A DNA stretch of 32,896 nucleotides from a virus (IMGVR_UViG_3300011335_000705:1-32896); one strand, 5' to 3'. Shown: positions 8,908 through 15,868, numbered from the stretch's first letter. Notes: generated from the sequence alone by a model not told the origin. A program made the numbers and translations.

Positions 8908-9173
8908 TGCTTCTCCTCCGTCAATACCTGCACGCTCCGGCGAACGCCCCTCTGCGCCCACAGCCATTGATCCACTGTCAATTCTGGAAACGCCGTAAGT
9001 GCCTCTTGCGTTTCTGCGCTTGACCAATTCGCCATGTCGTGATGCAGAGCCTCCAGTCTCAGCGATTCTGCTCTAATGATCCGATGCTCGCAGGCCCGAA
9101 GTTCGTCGCAGATACACCAAGCTGGAGGATCGCTCAGATGGGTTGCTCAGCATTCTGGTAGATGCTCAGTCAT
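8904..9173 (-). pseudogene. paralogue family member interrupted by an in-frame TGA at codon 9
   Basis: Reads MTEHLPEC*ATHLSDPPAWCICDELRACEHR...EEKQ*; TGA at 9147-9149; ATGA overlaps at both ends are intact. Confidence 0.75.
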
Positions 9174-9388
9174 CGCTGATTTCCCTTGATCGCGGCGATG
9201 GTCTTCGCCCGGCTGATGGATTCAAGTTGCGCCACTCCAGAAAAGTAGGTGACGTCCCAAGTAAGCGCCTGCACCCGATTAACGGCAGCGTCGCGCTCAT
9301 CCTCGCGCACTGTGGCAATCAGGTCACACAAATAGTTTTCGTTTGCCTCGCAATCAGCATTCGCGTAGCAACGTCGGTCATGGATCAC
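9170..9388 (-). CDS. divergent Cys/His paralogue family member
   Basis: MIHDRRC...YLCDLIATVREDERDAA...TIAAIKG; same architecture as neighbours; coupled overlaps. Confidence 0.65.
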   Translation of the reverse strand: MIHDRRCYANADCEANENYLCDLIATVREDERDAAVNRVQALTWDVTYFSGVAQLESISRAKTIAAIKGNQR

Positions 9389-9645
9389 GGCTGATTTCCT
9401 TCTCTCAGTGCGTAGATAGCAGATAGGGCATTGAACTTCTCTACCGACACGGTGCCATCCCCATTGCCGTCAGTGCCGATGCAGCCCCTTAGGGCCGCTA
9501 GTGCATTCCGTGCGGCATCAAGCACCCGCTCCTCGCAGGCACGGAGCCGGTCGCAGATGCAGGGCGAGGCGACCTCGCAGCACAGGCAGCCGTCAGGGTG
9601 CTCCGCCTTGTCAATGCATGGGCACTCGGGTTCATGCTCAGTCAT
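9385..9645 (-). CDS. Cys/His-rich paralogue family member (MTEHEPEC...CICDRLRACEERV)
   Basis: Shared motif; C-terminal ALSAIYALREG. Confidence 0.75.
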   Translation of the reverse strand: MTEHEPECPCIDKAEHPDGCLCCEVASPCICDRLRACEERVLDAARNALAALRGCIGTDGNGDGTVSVEKFNALSAIYALREGNQP

Positions 9646-10180
9646 TGGGTTCCTTCCGTAATGCGTCGATAGCGAATAGAACGTCTTCGCGTCGGAACAT
9701 AACTGGCCCTGCAACAACCGGACGAAGTCTTACTTTGTACACCGCTTCTTGTACAGCATCAAGAGCAGCGTCGTAGCCCCGCTGCTCACATTCGTCCATC
9801 TCGGCGGCACGCTCCCCCATGTCCTCGGAGGTCCACACGATCTGCGTGTTCCCGCCGTGGCCGTGGATCGCTTGCACAGACGCAATACCGTTGTCGTGGA
9901 ACACGACTGACGTTGGGTTACCCCCGGCCCAGCGCAATGCCACGCATCCGTCAGGGAACTCCGCGCCGTAAGCCACTATCCCGGTGCCGCTGACGCCGGA
10001 TACGTCAGTGATCCGTTGCAGCACGAAAGCGCGAGCGCCGCTGTCGGGTGCATGGAAAATCGCATCGACCAGTTGACTACTCCTGACCCGCTCCTCGCAG
10101 GCACGCAACTGATTGCAAACGCAAATCCATAGCCCCTTATCGAAGTCAGGAACTAGGCATTCCGGTAGATGCTCAGTCAT
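9638..10180 (-). CDS. paralogue family member with an inserted domain
   Basis: MTEHLPEC...CVCNQLRACEERV, then FVLQRITDVSGVSGTG...HGHGGNTQIVW insert, then GYDAALDAV...AIDALRKE. Confidence 0.75.
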   Translation of the reverse strand: MTEHLPECLVPDFDKGLWICVCNQLRACEERVRSSQLVDAIFHAPDSGARAFVLQRITDVSGVSGTGIVAYGAEFPDGCVALRWAGGNPTSVVFHDNGIASVQAIHGHGGNTQIVWTSEDMGERAAEMDECEQRGYDAALDAVQEAVYKVRLRPVVAGPVMFRREDVLFAIDALRKEPND

Positions 10181-10407
10181 GTCCATCGTCTTTCTGGCAC
10201 TCCAACGGATGGAGGCAACGGTGGCCGTGTTTCGCTGCCCTTGCATAGCAGGCGGATAGCGTGGATGGCCTCGTGCTTGTAGATGCGGGGGCCGAAGACC
10301 CACTTGCCGTTGATATCGGCGACCGCTTCCCGAGCAGCGGCCAGTGCGTCACTCCTGCCCTGCTCGTAAGCGACACGGCAGGCATCGAACGGATTGCCCT
10401 CAGTCAT
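10177..10407 (-). CDS. hypothetical protein sharing the C-terminal helical module of the paralogue family
   Basis: MTEG...YEQGRSDALAAAREAV...EAIHAIRLL; GGAGGAG SD, ATGA overlap. Confidence 0.6.
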   Translation of the reverse strand: MTEGNPFDACRVAYEQGRSDALAAAREAVADINGKWVFGPRIYKHEAIHAIRLLCKGSETRPPLPPSVGVPERRWT

Positions 10408-10601
10408 CGCTCCTCCTTCCATCCGAGATCCCTGCACACTCCGTAGTCGTAGAGTCCCTGCCGGTCCCATTTCCAGCACAGGTAGTCGACTCGCTTGGGG
10501 TGAATGCCGAGGGCGATGCCCGCATCCCGCGGCCACTCGTACGGCGCTCCATCGCCGAATGCGTTCCACAGTTCGATTTCGTCCTGGCGCTTCTCAGTCA
10601 T
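10404..10601 (-). CDS. hypothetical protein (possible small wHTH)
   Basis: LGIHPKRVDYLCWKWDRQGLYDYGV; GGAGG SD. Confidence 0.65.
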   Translation of the reverse strand: MTEKRQDEIELWNAFGDGAPYEWPRDAGIALGIHPKRVDYLCWKWDRQGLYDYGVCRDLGWKEER

Positions 10602-10770
10602 TGACGATCACCTCCACCGTATGCACCCACGGCTTGCCCGCGGCATAGGCGGCGAGGCAGGCCCAGCCGCAGAAGTGTCCGTCGTCGACGATCATGACCC
10701 AGTTGTCGAGTCCGAGGCCGCGTGTCCACGTGTCGCAGCCGGGACCGTCGCAATGCCACGCCCTACTCAC
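10594..10770 (-). CDS. small zinc-finger protein (CDGPGC...HFCGWAC)
   Basis: Translated by hand (58 aa); treble-clef-like Cys spacing. Confidence 0.6.
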   Translation of the reverse strand: MSRAWHCDGPGCDTWTRGLGLDNWVMIVDDGHFCGWACLAAYAAGKPWVHTVEVIVND

Positions 10771-10897
10771 CGGACGCCCCCCGCAGCTGGTTGATGCTCC
10801 ACATCGCCTCGCCGGCCGACGCCGCGAGGTCGAAGACCGCGGCCATCAACGACAGGGCGATCGAGCACATCGCCGCCTCATGCTCCTCAGTAGTCAT
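10763..10897 (-). CDS. hypothetical protein
   Basis: MTTEEHEAAMCSIALSL...; fills the gap with short overlaps. Confidence 0.45.
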   Translation of the reverse strand: MTTEEHEAAMCSIALSLMAAVFDLAASAGEAMWSINQLRGASGE

Positions 10898-11102
10898 CGA
10901 ACCTGTCCCTCGTGTTGTCCTCATGCTCGGCGTCGCACTTCGGGCATGTCCACGTGGTGAGTTGATCGGTGACCATTGCGGTGACCCAGCCGTCGAAGTC
11001 GCACGGGTCGTCGTCGTCGTCGACCTCGGTGCATTCGGCCCGCATCTGCTCCTCATCAGCCTCGGGCGGGCTGGCGAGCCGCCAATCGTCATACCCCTTC
11101 AT
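10887..11102 (-). CDS. small acidic Zn-ribbon protein
   Basis: GYDDWRLASPPE...C...CDFDG...WTCPKC; AAGGAG SD. Confidence 0.65.
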   Translation of the reverse strand: MKGYDDWRLASPPEADEEQMRAECTEVDDDDDPCDFDGWVTAMVTDQLTTWTCPKCDAEHEDNTRDRFDDY

Positions 11103-11424
11103 CGAGTCTCCTTCTGAGTAGGTGTTCGATCGTGGTGAGCATCCGCAGCCCTTGACCCCGGAACATCTTCCGGTGACGTGCGAGGGTCAACGAGTCGGCT
11201 GCTTCGCAGTGCCATGTCGTGTCCGGGCATCGGTGGTCATGGACGAGGTTCCTCGCGAGGATCACCTGCTGGCGATCGGATGCCTTGCAGATGGCGACGA
11301 GGACGATCGCATCGACCAGCGCCTGATCCGCGAACCCGCCGTCGAGGTGCCCCTGATCTGCCCACTGCTCGACGTACAGCCGCCGGTACAGGATCGGGTC
11401 TATCCTCAGTTTCGCGAGGTTCAT
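11089..11424 (-). CDS. hypothetical protein
   Basis: MNLAKLRIDPILYRR...HDHRCPD...HCE; ATGA overlap. Confidence 0.6.
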   Translation of the reverse strand: MNLAKLRIDPILYRRLYVEQWADQGHLDGGFADQALVDAIVLVAICKASDRQQVILARNLVHDHRCPDTTWHCEAADSLTLARHRKMFRGQGLRMLTTIEHLLRRRLDEGV

Positions 11425-12209
11425 GACGCGACCTGACCGGCTAGGCGGAGGATCTGCTGGACGGCTGTCGTCGTCAGTCCGAGCCTCCATCCGATCTGCT
11501 GCGCCGTCCGGTAGCCCTGCTCCCTGGCCTCCTCGATGTCCTCGATGGTGACGCCGTATCCGCCGCCGGCGATCCTGCCCCTGCGGACGTCCTCCGGCTG
11601 GTAGCGCGGGTCGTCGATGACGTCGTCGTCCCACGCGAGCGCCGGCAGCCAGCCTTTCGCCTTCGCGATCGACGCGCTGCGTGCGTTGCCGCCGGGCCTG
11701 TCCCAGAGCTGCTCGTAGAGGTCGCGGATGGCGTCCATCGTGCGGTAGCGGACGGTCGGGGTCTTCCCGCTGCCGATGTCCTGCACCGTCGCCGCGTGCT
11801 TGTGGCCGAGCCTGCCTGCGAGGTAGCGGGTGGAGTAGCCGTTGACGGCGAGCGCCTGCAGTCTCCGGCGGCTGCCGGTCGCGTCGACGTAGCCGTCGCG
11901 CCTGTTGTCGCGTTTCGGGTTGACGGCGAGGATCCGGGCCATCGTGGCGGGCCGTACCCGGCTGCGGGTCATGGAGTCGGCGAGAGCATTGCGGGACGTG
12001 TAGCCGGCGGTGAGGGCGATCGCCCGGAACGACATCCCGGACGCCATCAGCATCGCGACGTGATCCTTCAATGGCTGCGCGTCGACGAGCTTGACGATGC
12101 CGAGGTAATGGTCGCGTCGCCACGCCTTCGACGCTCTTGCTGCCGCTGCCCTGCATGGCTCGCACCGGCAGCCGTGCTTGGCGTAGGCAGTGAGGCTTCC
12201 GTGCTTCAT
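11421..12209 (-). CDS. multi-HTH DNA-binding protein with N-terminal Zn knuckle
   Basis: HG...Y..HGCRCEPCRAA, DATGSRRRLQALAVNGYS, GWLPALAWDDDVIDDP; several HTH-like segments; GGAGG SD. Confidence 0.75.
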   Translation of the reverse strand: MKHGSLTAYAKHGCRCEPCRAAAARASKAWRRDHYLGIVKLVDAQPLKDHVAMLMASGMSFRAIALTAGYTSRNALADSMTRSRVRPATMARILAVNPKRDNRRDGYVDATGSRRRLQALAVNGYSTRYLAGRLGHKHAATVQDIGSGKTPTVRYRTMDAIRDLYEQLWDRPGGNARSASIAKAKGWLPALAWDDDVIDDPRYQPEDVRRGRIAGGGYGVTIEDIEEAREQGYRTAQQIGWRLGLTTTAVQQILRLAGQVAS

Positions 12210-12346
12210 GCTGCGCCTCCGATGTCCTCTAGGCACTGCTGCGCGGCGTCGAGCCACAGGATCGCCTTCGGGGCGGCCGCTACTTCGGCCGGTGTCCCGC
12301 CGTCCGCCCACGCGAGGACACGCGCGACGTCCTCGACGGTGATCAC
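12206..12346 (-). CDS. hypothetical protein (46 aa)
   Basis: Translated by hand; GTGA and ATGA overlaps at both ends. Confidence 0.55.
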   Translation of the reverse strand: MITVEDVARVLAWADGGTPAEVAAAPKAILWLDAAQQCLEDIGGAA

Positions 12347-12528
12347 TTCGCGGCCCGCCTGGCGATCCACAGGTCGATCGTGTCGCGTCGCCAGAGCGGC
12401 TTGGAGTCGATGACGAGGTCGGGGTCCGGCATGGCCCCGTCTGCGCGGTGTGTCTTGATGGTCTCGACGGACAGGCCCATGAGGTCGGCGACGTCCCGCC
12501 GGCTGAGGAGCACGTTAACGTTTGCCAT
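12343..12528 (-). CDS. AlpA/excisionase-like HTH protein, first gene of the leftward operon
   Basis: LLSRRDVADLMGLSVETIKTHR..G.MPDPD....KPLWRRDTIDLW; TAAGGTGA SD. Confidence 0.85.
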   Translation of the reverse strand: MANVNVLLSRRDVADLMGLSVETIKTHRADGAMPDPDLVIDSKPLWRRDTIDLWIARRAAK

Positions 12529-12554
12529 GTTCTCACCTTATCTAGGGGGCTCCC

Positions 12555-12584
12555 ACGGTAGCGGGTGATCGTCGATCGTGTCCA
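12555..12584 (-). promoter_or_regulatory. possible leftward promoter
   Basis: TGGACA-N18-TACCGT on the minus strand upstream of the AlpA-like gene. Confidence 0.4.
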
Positions 12585-12617
12585 GTAGGGGGGCGAAAAA
12601 AGATTTCCCGGAAAGTG

Positions 12618-12663
12618 TGTAAAGGGCTTGACAGTCACCCTGAGAGGGGGTCATAATGGAGAC
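12618..12663 (+). promoter_or_regulatory. sigma-A/70-like early promoter P1 (probably leaderless)
   Basis: TTGACA (12628-12633)-N18-CATAAT (12652-12657); ATG 7 nt downstream; closely similar to P2. Confidence 0.8.
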
Positions 12664-13008
12664 ATGACAACAACGAAGCTCAGCATCACGAAGGTTCTCG
12701 ACCGACAGGGCGAGGGATGCTGCCAGGAATGCGGCAGGACGAACGTTCGCTGGATTGCCGTTCTTTCCGATGGATCGACCGTTGGCAGCGAGTGCGCCAA
12801 GAAGATCACCGGGCAGGCATTCAGTCCCGCAAAGTACGCCCCGCTCGCTGGAGCAGTCGAAGTAGCGTCCGGCATTGACTGCGGCGCAACGTGGACGCTC
12901 TTCTCCAACGGCGCACGCGGGATTCTCGCACTGAACGGGATGCCGCAGGTTGTCGGCAGCCTCGCAAGCGTCACCGCCGAGTTCAATAACCGCACCAACT
13001 CGCGCTGA
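12664..13008 (+). CDS. hypothetical early protein with Cys motif
   Basis: CQECGR...VGSECAKK Zn-binding-like pattern directly after P1. Confidence 0.75.
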   Translation: MTTTKLSITKVLDRQGEGCCQECGRTNVRWIAVLSDGSTVGSECAKKITGQAFSPAKYAPLAGAVEVASGIDCGATWTLFSNGARGILALNGMPQVVGSLASVTAEFNNRTNSR

Positions 13009-13046
13009 TGGTCTTCGCCTCGGTTCGACTCCGAGGGGCGCACGCA
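13001..13046 (+). repeat. 46-bp tRNA T-arm-like direct repeat, copy 1
   Basis: CGCGCTGATGGTCTTCGCCTCGGTTCGACTCCGAGGGGCGCACGCA; contains CTCGG-TTCGACT-CCGAG. Confidence 0.9.
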
Positions 13047-13076
13047 AGGCAAATCCAACTACACAGAGGAGACACC

Positions 13077-13265
13077 ATGATTCAGAATCTCATCACCGAG
13101 CTGGTCTGCATTGACTGCGGAGCGAACCTCATGCGCGACTTGGCCGAGGACGGCGCGCTGTTCGACACGGCACGAGGCAACGGCGGGACGACATCGAGCG
13201 GACTGACCGGCTTCGACTGCCCGACCCGCCTGGACTTCGGCCCGCACGTCATCGACCAGGACTAG
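13077..13265 (+). CDS. hypothetical early protein (CxxC...C...H)
   Basis: AGAGGAG SD; flanked by the two repeats. Confidence 0.7.
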   Translation: MIQNLITELVCIDCGANLMRDLAEDGALFDTARGNGGTTSSGLTGFDCPTRLDFGPHVIDQD

Positions 13266-13272
13266 CCCGGCC

Positions 13273-13318
13273 CGCGCTGACGGTCTTCGCCTCGGTTCGA
13301 CTCCGAGGGGCGCACGCA
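13273..13318 (+). repeat. 46-bp tRNA T-arm-like direct repeat, copy 2
   Basis: 45/46 identical to copy 1; followed immediately by CCA. Confidence 0.9.
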
Positions 13319-13345
13319 CCATCCCAACACAACAGAGGAGCAGCA

Positions 13346-13513
13346 ATGAGCAAGAAGCAGAAGTCCAGCAAGACGGTCATCTTCGCGTTGACGATGCCGA
13401 AGACCGAGATCCCGTTCACGAGGCTCTCGACCCCGCTCAAGCGGTTCGGGAAGCTGCGGGAGGACTTCGAGGCGTTGGGCCTGCGGGTCGAGATCGTCGA
13501 CTTCCGCAAGTAG
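13346..13513 (+). CDS. hypothetical basic early protein (55 aa, MSKKQKSSK...)
   Basis: Translated by hand; AGAGGAG SD; followed by a terminator. Confidence 0.7.
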   Translation: MSKKQKSSKTVIFALTMPKTEIPFTRLSTPLKRFGKLREDFEALGLRVEIVDFRK

Positions 13514-13526
13514 CCCGCAGTGAGTC

Positions 13527-13560
13527 AGCCCCGGCCATCATGGTCGGGGCTTTCTCATTT
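13527..13560 (+). terminator. intrinsic terminator between convergent genes
   Basis: AGCCCCGGCCA-TCA-TGGTCGGGGCT hairpin followed by a T-rich tail. Confidence 0.75.
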
Positions 13561-13788
13561 GTTGAAGTCGACACCGCCCCAGATGCCATGCCTCTCGCGT
13601 CGTTTTCTCGCGACCCGCAGGCATTGCGTCTTCACCTGGCATTCGCCGCAGATGCGCACCGCCTGGGCGTGCTCGTATGAGGCCCGGTCGGTTGCGAACC
13701 AGAGATCAGGGTCTACGTCCCGGCAGGCGGCCCGCTCGACCCACGGGTCATCCACGGCCACGGCCGGCGAGGACGAGGAGCACGACAC
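13555..13788 (-). CDS. whiB: WhiB family transcription factor
   Basis: W.ERAAC...DLWF...ICGECQVKTQC...HGIWGG: four Cys plus GIWGG turn. Start uncertain (GTG 13788, 13761 or 13755). Confidence 0.85.
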   Translation of the reverse strand: MSCSSSSPAVAVDDPWVERAACRDVDPDLWFATDRASYEHAQAVRICGECQVKTQCLRVARKRRERHGIWGGVDFNK

Positions 13789-13917
13789 ACACGAGTAATT
13801 CAAGAAGCATGAACAACTCCATGCCCTGATGCTAGGGTCGAAACAGTTGACCCGGTGAGATTCCCGGTCTTTGCGCCCATCGTGCGCCGTCCCTGTCCCC
13901 CAGTGATCGGACAATCA

Positions 13918-14346
13918 ATGTTAGAGAATCTGCTATTCGCAGCATCAATGATCATCCCCAACGAACAACCAGCAATCGCCCAGGCCCGCATCGTCTCGAC
14001 TGCGGCCCGCATCCCAGCCGTGTGGGAACCCTTCCGGGACTGCGTCGTGAACCGCGAGTCGCACGGCAACCCGCGAGCGCAGAACCCCGTCAGCTCGGCT
14101 CAAGGGAAGTACCAGTTCCTCGATAATTCGTGGCGGCGTGGTGCCGGCTGGAACGTGTACTCGCGGCTGCGTGACGCCGGGATGCCACGACCGCAGGCCC
14201 GCAGGATCCTCGCCCGACTCCACTCGACGCCGATCAAGCAGTGGCGTGAGGAGTACCAGGACGCGGCGTTCGCGTTCGTCATCCTGATCCCGAGGGGCTG
14301 GAGGCATTGGTCGGGCGGCCACGGCTGCGACCGACTCGTCCCATAG
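13918..14346 (+). CDS. lytic transglycosylase (SLT/Rpf-like lysozyme fold)
   Basis: CVVNRESHGNPRAQNPVSSAQGKYQFLDNSW...QDAAF...GWRHW...C; catalytic Glu in RES. Confidence 0.8.
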   Translation: MLENLLFAASMIIPNEQPAIAQARIVSTAARIPAVWEPFRDCVVNRESHGNPRAQNPVSSAQGKYQFLDNSWRRGAGWNVYSRLRDAGMPRPQARRILARLHSTPIKQWREEYQDAAFAFVILIPRGWRHWSGGHGCDRLVP

Positions 14347-14348
14347 CC

Positions 14349-14397
14349 TGTAAAGGTCTTGACAGTCTGGGGGGTTTGCCCTCATAATTGAGACATC
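14349..14397 (+). promoter_or_regulatory. sigma-A/70-like early promoter P2
   Basis: TTGACA (14359-14364)-N18-CATAAT (14383-14388); shares flanks with P1. Confidence 0.8.
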
Positions 14398-14421
14398 ACA
14401 ACAGCAACCGCGAGGCACCAA

Positions 14422-14568
14422 ATGATCACCGAAATCCGCAACCGCACCATCGCAGCGAACGACGCCCGACTTGAGGGCCGGATCAGTCGCGAGCAGCACG
14501 CCGTCATCATTGCCCGCATCGACGCCGAACTGTCGGCCGGTGGATTCACGTGGGGGGATCTCGCATGA
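14422..14568 (+). CDS. hypothetical early protein (48 aa)
   Basis: Translated by hand (MITEIRNRTIAANDARLEG...); GAGG SD; first gene after P2. Confidence 0.6.
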   Translation: MITEIRNRTIAANDARLEGRISREQHAVIIARIDAELSAGGFTWGDLA

Positions 14569-14714
14569 GCTACCGCGTGTATCACCTCACCCGCCTCATG
14601 GTGTCGTTCCCGAGCCGTGACGAGGCCCTCACGTTCATCGAGGACCGGGTTACCCTCGGCGACGACCGCGACGACTTCGAGATCCTCGACCAGTCCGACC
14701 TGGTGACGTCGTGA
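14565..14714 (+). CDS. hypothetical early protein (49 aa)
   Basis: Translated by hand (MSYRVYHLTRLMVSF...); ATGA and GTGA overlaps. Confidence 0.6.
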   Translation: MSYRVYHLTRLMVSFPSRDEALTFIEDRVTLGDDRDDFEILDQSDLVTS

Positions 14715-14929
14715 CGATGACTGAGGCCGAGTACCTCGTGGAGGCTGCGCATCAGCATCAGATTGCGCTGCGCGTCGTCGACCGGACCCGCGACAACCTG
14801 ATCTCGGCGATGCGACGGAATTACTGGAACGGCATGAGCATCGTCGAGCTGGCGAAGATCTCCGGTTTCAGCCGCCCAACGGTCATGAAGTACGTGCAGG
14901 AAGCCACCACGGCGACCGTGGAGGCATAG
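14711..14929 (+). CDS. HTH DNA-binding protein
   Basis: GMSIVELAKISGFSRPTVMKYV helix-turn-helix. Confidence 0.8.
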   Translation: MTMTEAEYLVEAAHQHQIALRVVDRTRDNLISAMRRNYWNGMSIVELAKISGFSRPTVMKYVQEATTATVEA

Positions 14930-14949
14930 CGCACTAATCTGGCACATTG

Positions 14950-14986
14950 ATACGCCCCGCAGGATTGACCAGCCTGCGGGGCGTAT
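14950..14986. terminator. perfect 14-bp hairpin, probable terminator
   Basis: ATACGCCCCGCAGG-N9-CCTGCGGGGCGTAT after the HTH gene. Confidence 0.65.
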
Positions 14987-15009
14987 TGCTGTCCCGGTAC
15001 GATCACCGG

Positions 15010-15507
15010 ATGCGGGACGTGACCCTGACTGTGATGTGCGGCCCGCCGGGTGCCGGCAAGTCGTACTGGATCGCCCGCAACCGCACCACCGAGGAGCTGC
15101 TGTCGACGGAGATGGTGCGCCGCATGTCGGCGATCGGCCGGCGGTCCAGCCCGAACCAGCTCGCGGGGATCAAGCTCCTCGCCCCCGACCTGCTCCGACG
15201 AGGCCGCAGTGTCATCGTCGACGCCTGCTCGACGAAGCCGCAGGACCGCCGCGACTGGCTGACGATCGCCCGGTTCGCCTCCGCGCACACCCGCATCGTC
15301 ATCGTCGACACCGACCTGGCGACGTGCCTATCCCGGCAGGCCGAGCGGGGGTCGAGCGGCGTGCCCGAGGGGATAATCCGTAGCCACGCCGCGAGGATGC
15401 CCGAAGCGATCGCGTCGATCCCGTCCGAAGGCTGGGGCGACATCGTCACGATCAGTCGAGTCGAAGGCTCCCGTACGGCGTCCACGTCGACCAGCCGAGG
15501 TACTTGA
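15010..15507 (+). CDS. AAA_33 / polynucleotide-kinase-like P-loop kinase
   Basis: VMCGPPGAGKS, SVIVDAC, CLSRQAER...VPE; resembles the kinase half of T4 PNK. TACGAT upstream of the ATG suggests leaderless expression. Confidence 0.8.
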   Translation: MRDVTLTVMCGPPGAGKSYWIARNRTTEELLSTEMVRRMSAIGRRSSPNQLAGIKLLAPDLLRRGRSVIVDACSTKPQDRRDWLTIARFASAHTRIVIVDTDLATCLSRQAERGSSGVPEGIIRSHAARMPEAIASIPSEGWGDIVTISRVEGSRTASTSTSRGT

Positions 15508-15868
15508 CGCCCCAGCGGGGAAACTCCCGCGAACAGGCGTCGATCATGCCCTTGCGGATGTAGTCGTTGGAGAGGCAGCTCGACGACGTGCGCTTGCCGA
15601 TCGCGATCGCGACATGCCCGAACTGGCCGATGTCGTAATAGAGGAGTGCGCCGCGTGGCGCGTCGGCCGGGTGCGCGGACGGGTGCTTCTGCGCTGCGGG
15701 GATCTTGTTCCATGCGATGATCGCTGACCCGGCCCACGCCGGCACGCCATACGCCTGCCGGCAGTGACTCTGGCAGAGCCCGGTCCAGTCCTGCGTCGGA
15801 TCCTTCACCTGATTCCGTGACCAGGTGATGACCTCGTTGACGTTCCTAGTCAGATACTTCTTCGCCAT
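15452..15868 (-). CDS. endolysin, NlpC/P60-CHAP-type cysteine peptidase, catalytic domain only
   Basis: WTGLCQSHCRQAYG...SAIIAW...GHVAI...YLGW; downstream of the holin. Confidence 0.7.
   Translation of the reverse strand: MAKKYLTRNVNEVITWSRNQVKDPTQDWTGLCQSHCRQAYGVPAWAGSAIIAWNKIPAAQKHPSAHPADAPRGALLYYDIGQFGHVAIAIGKRTSSSCLSNDYIRKGMIDACSREFPRWGVKYLGWSTWTPYGSLRLD

Noticed and set aside
9147-9149. Genome-wide TGA recoding
   Set aside because: TGA is the normal stop in many ATGA/GTGA gene overlaps, and I saw only one interrupted gene.
12343-12528. Excisionase implying an integration module
   Set aside because: No tyrosine or serine integrase found in the window; treated as a generic AlpA-like regulator.
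13001-13318. Functional tRNA genes
   Set aside because: Only a T-arm and partial acceptor stem are present; there is no space for D and anticodon arms.
13826-13853. Hammerhead-like CTGATG...GAAAC or a riboswitch upstream of the transglycosylase
   Set aside because: The core reads CTGATGC rather than CUGANGA, there is no stem II, and no riboswitch consensus was recognised.
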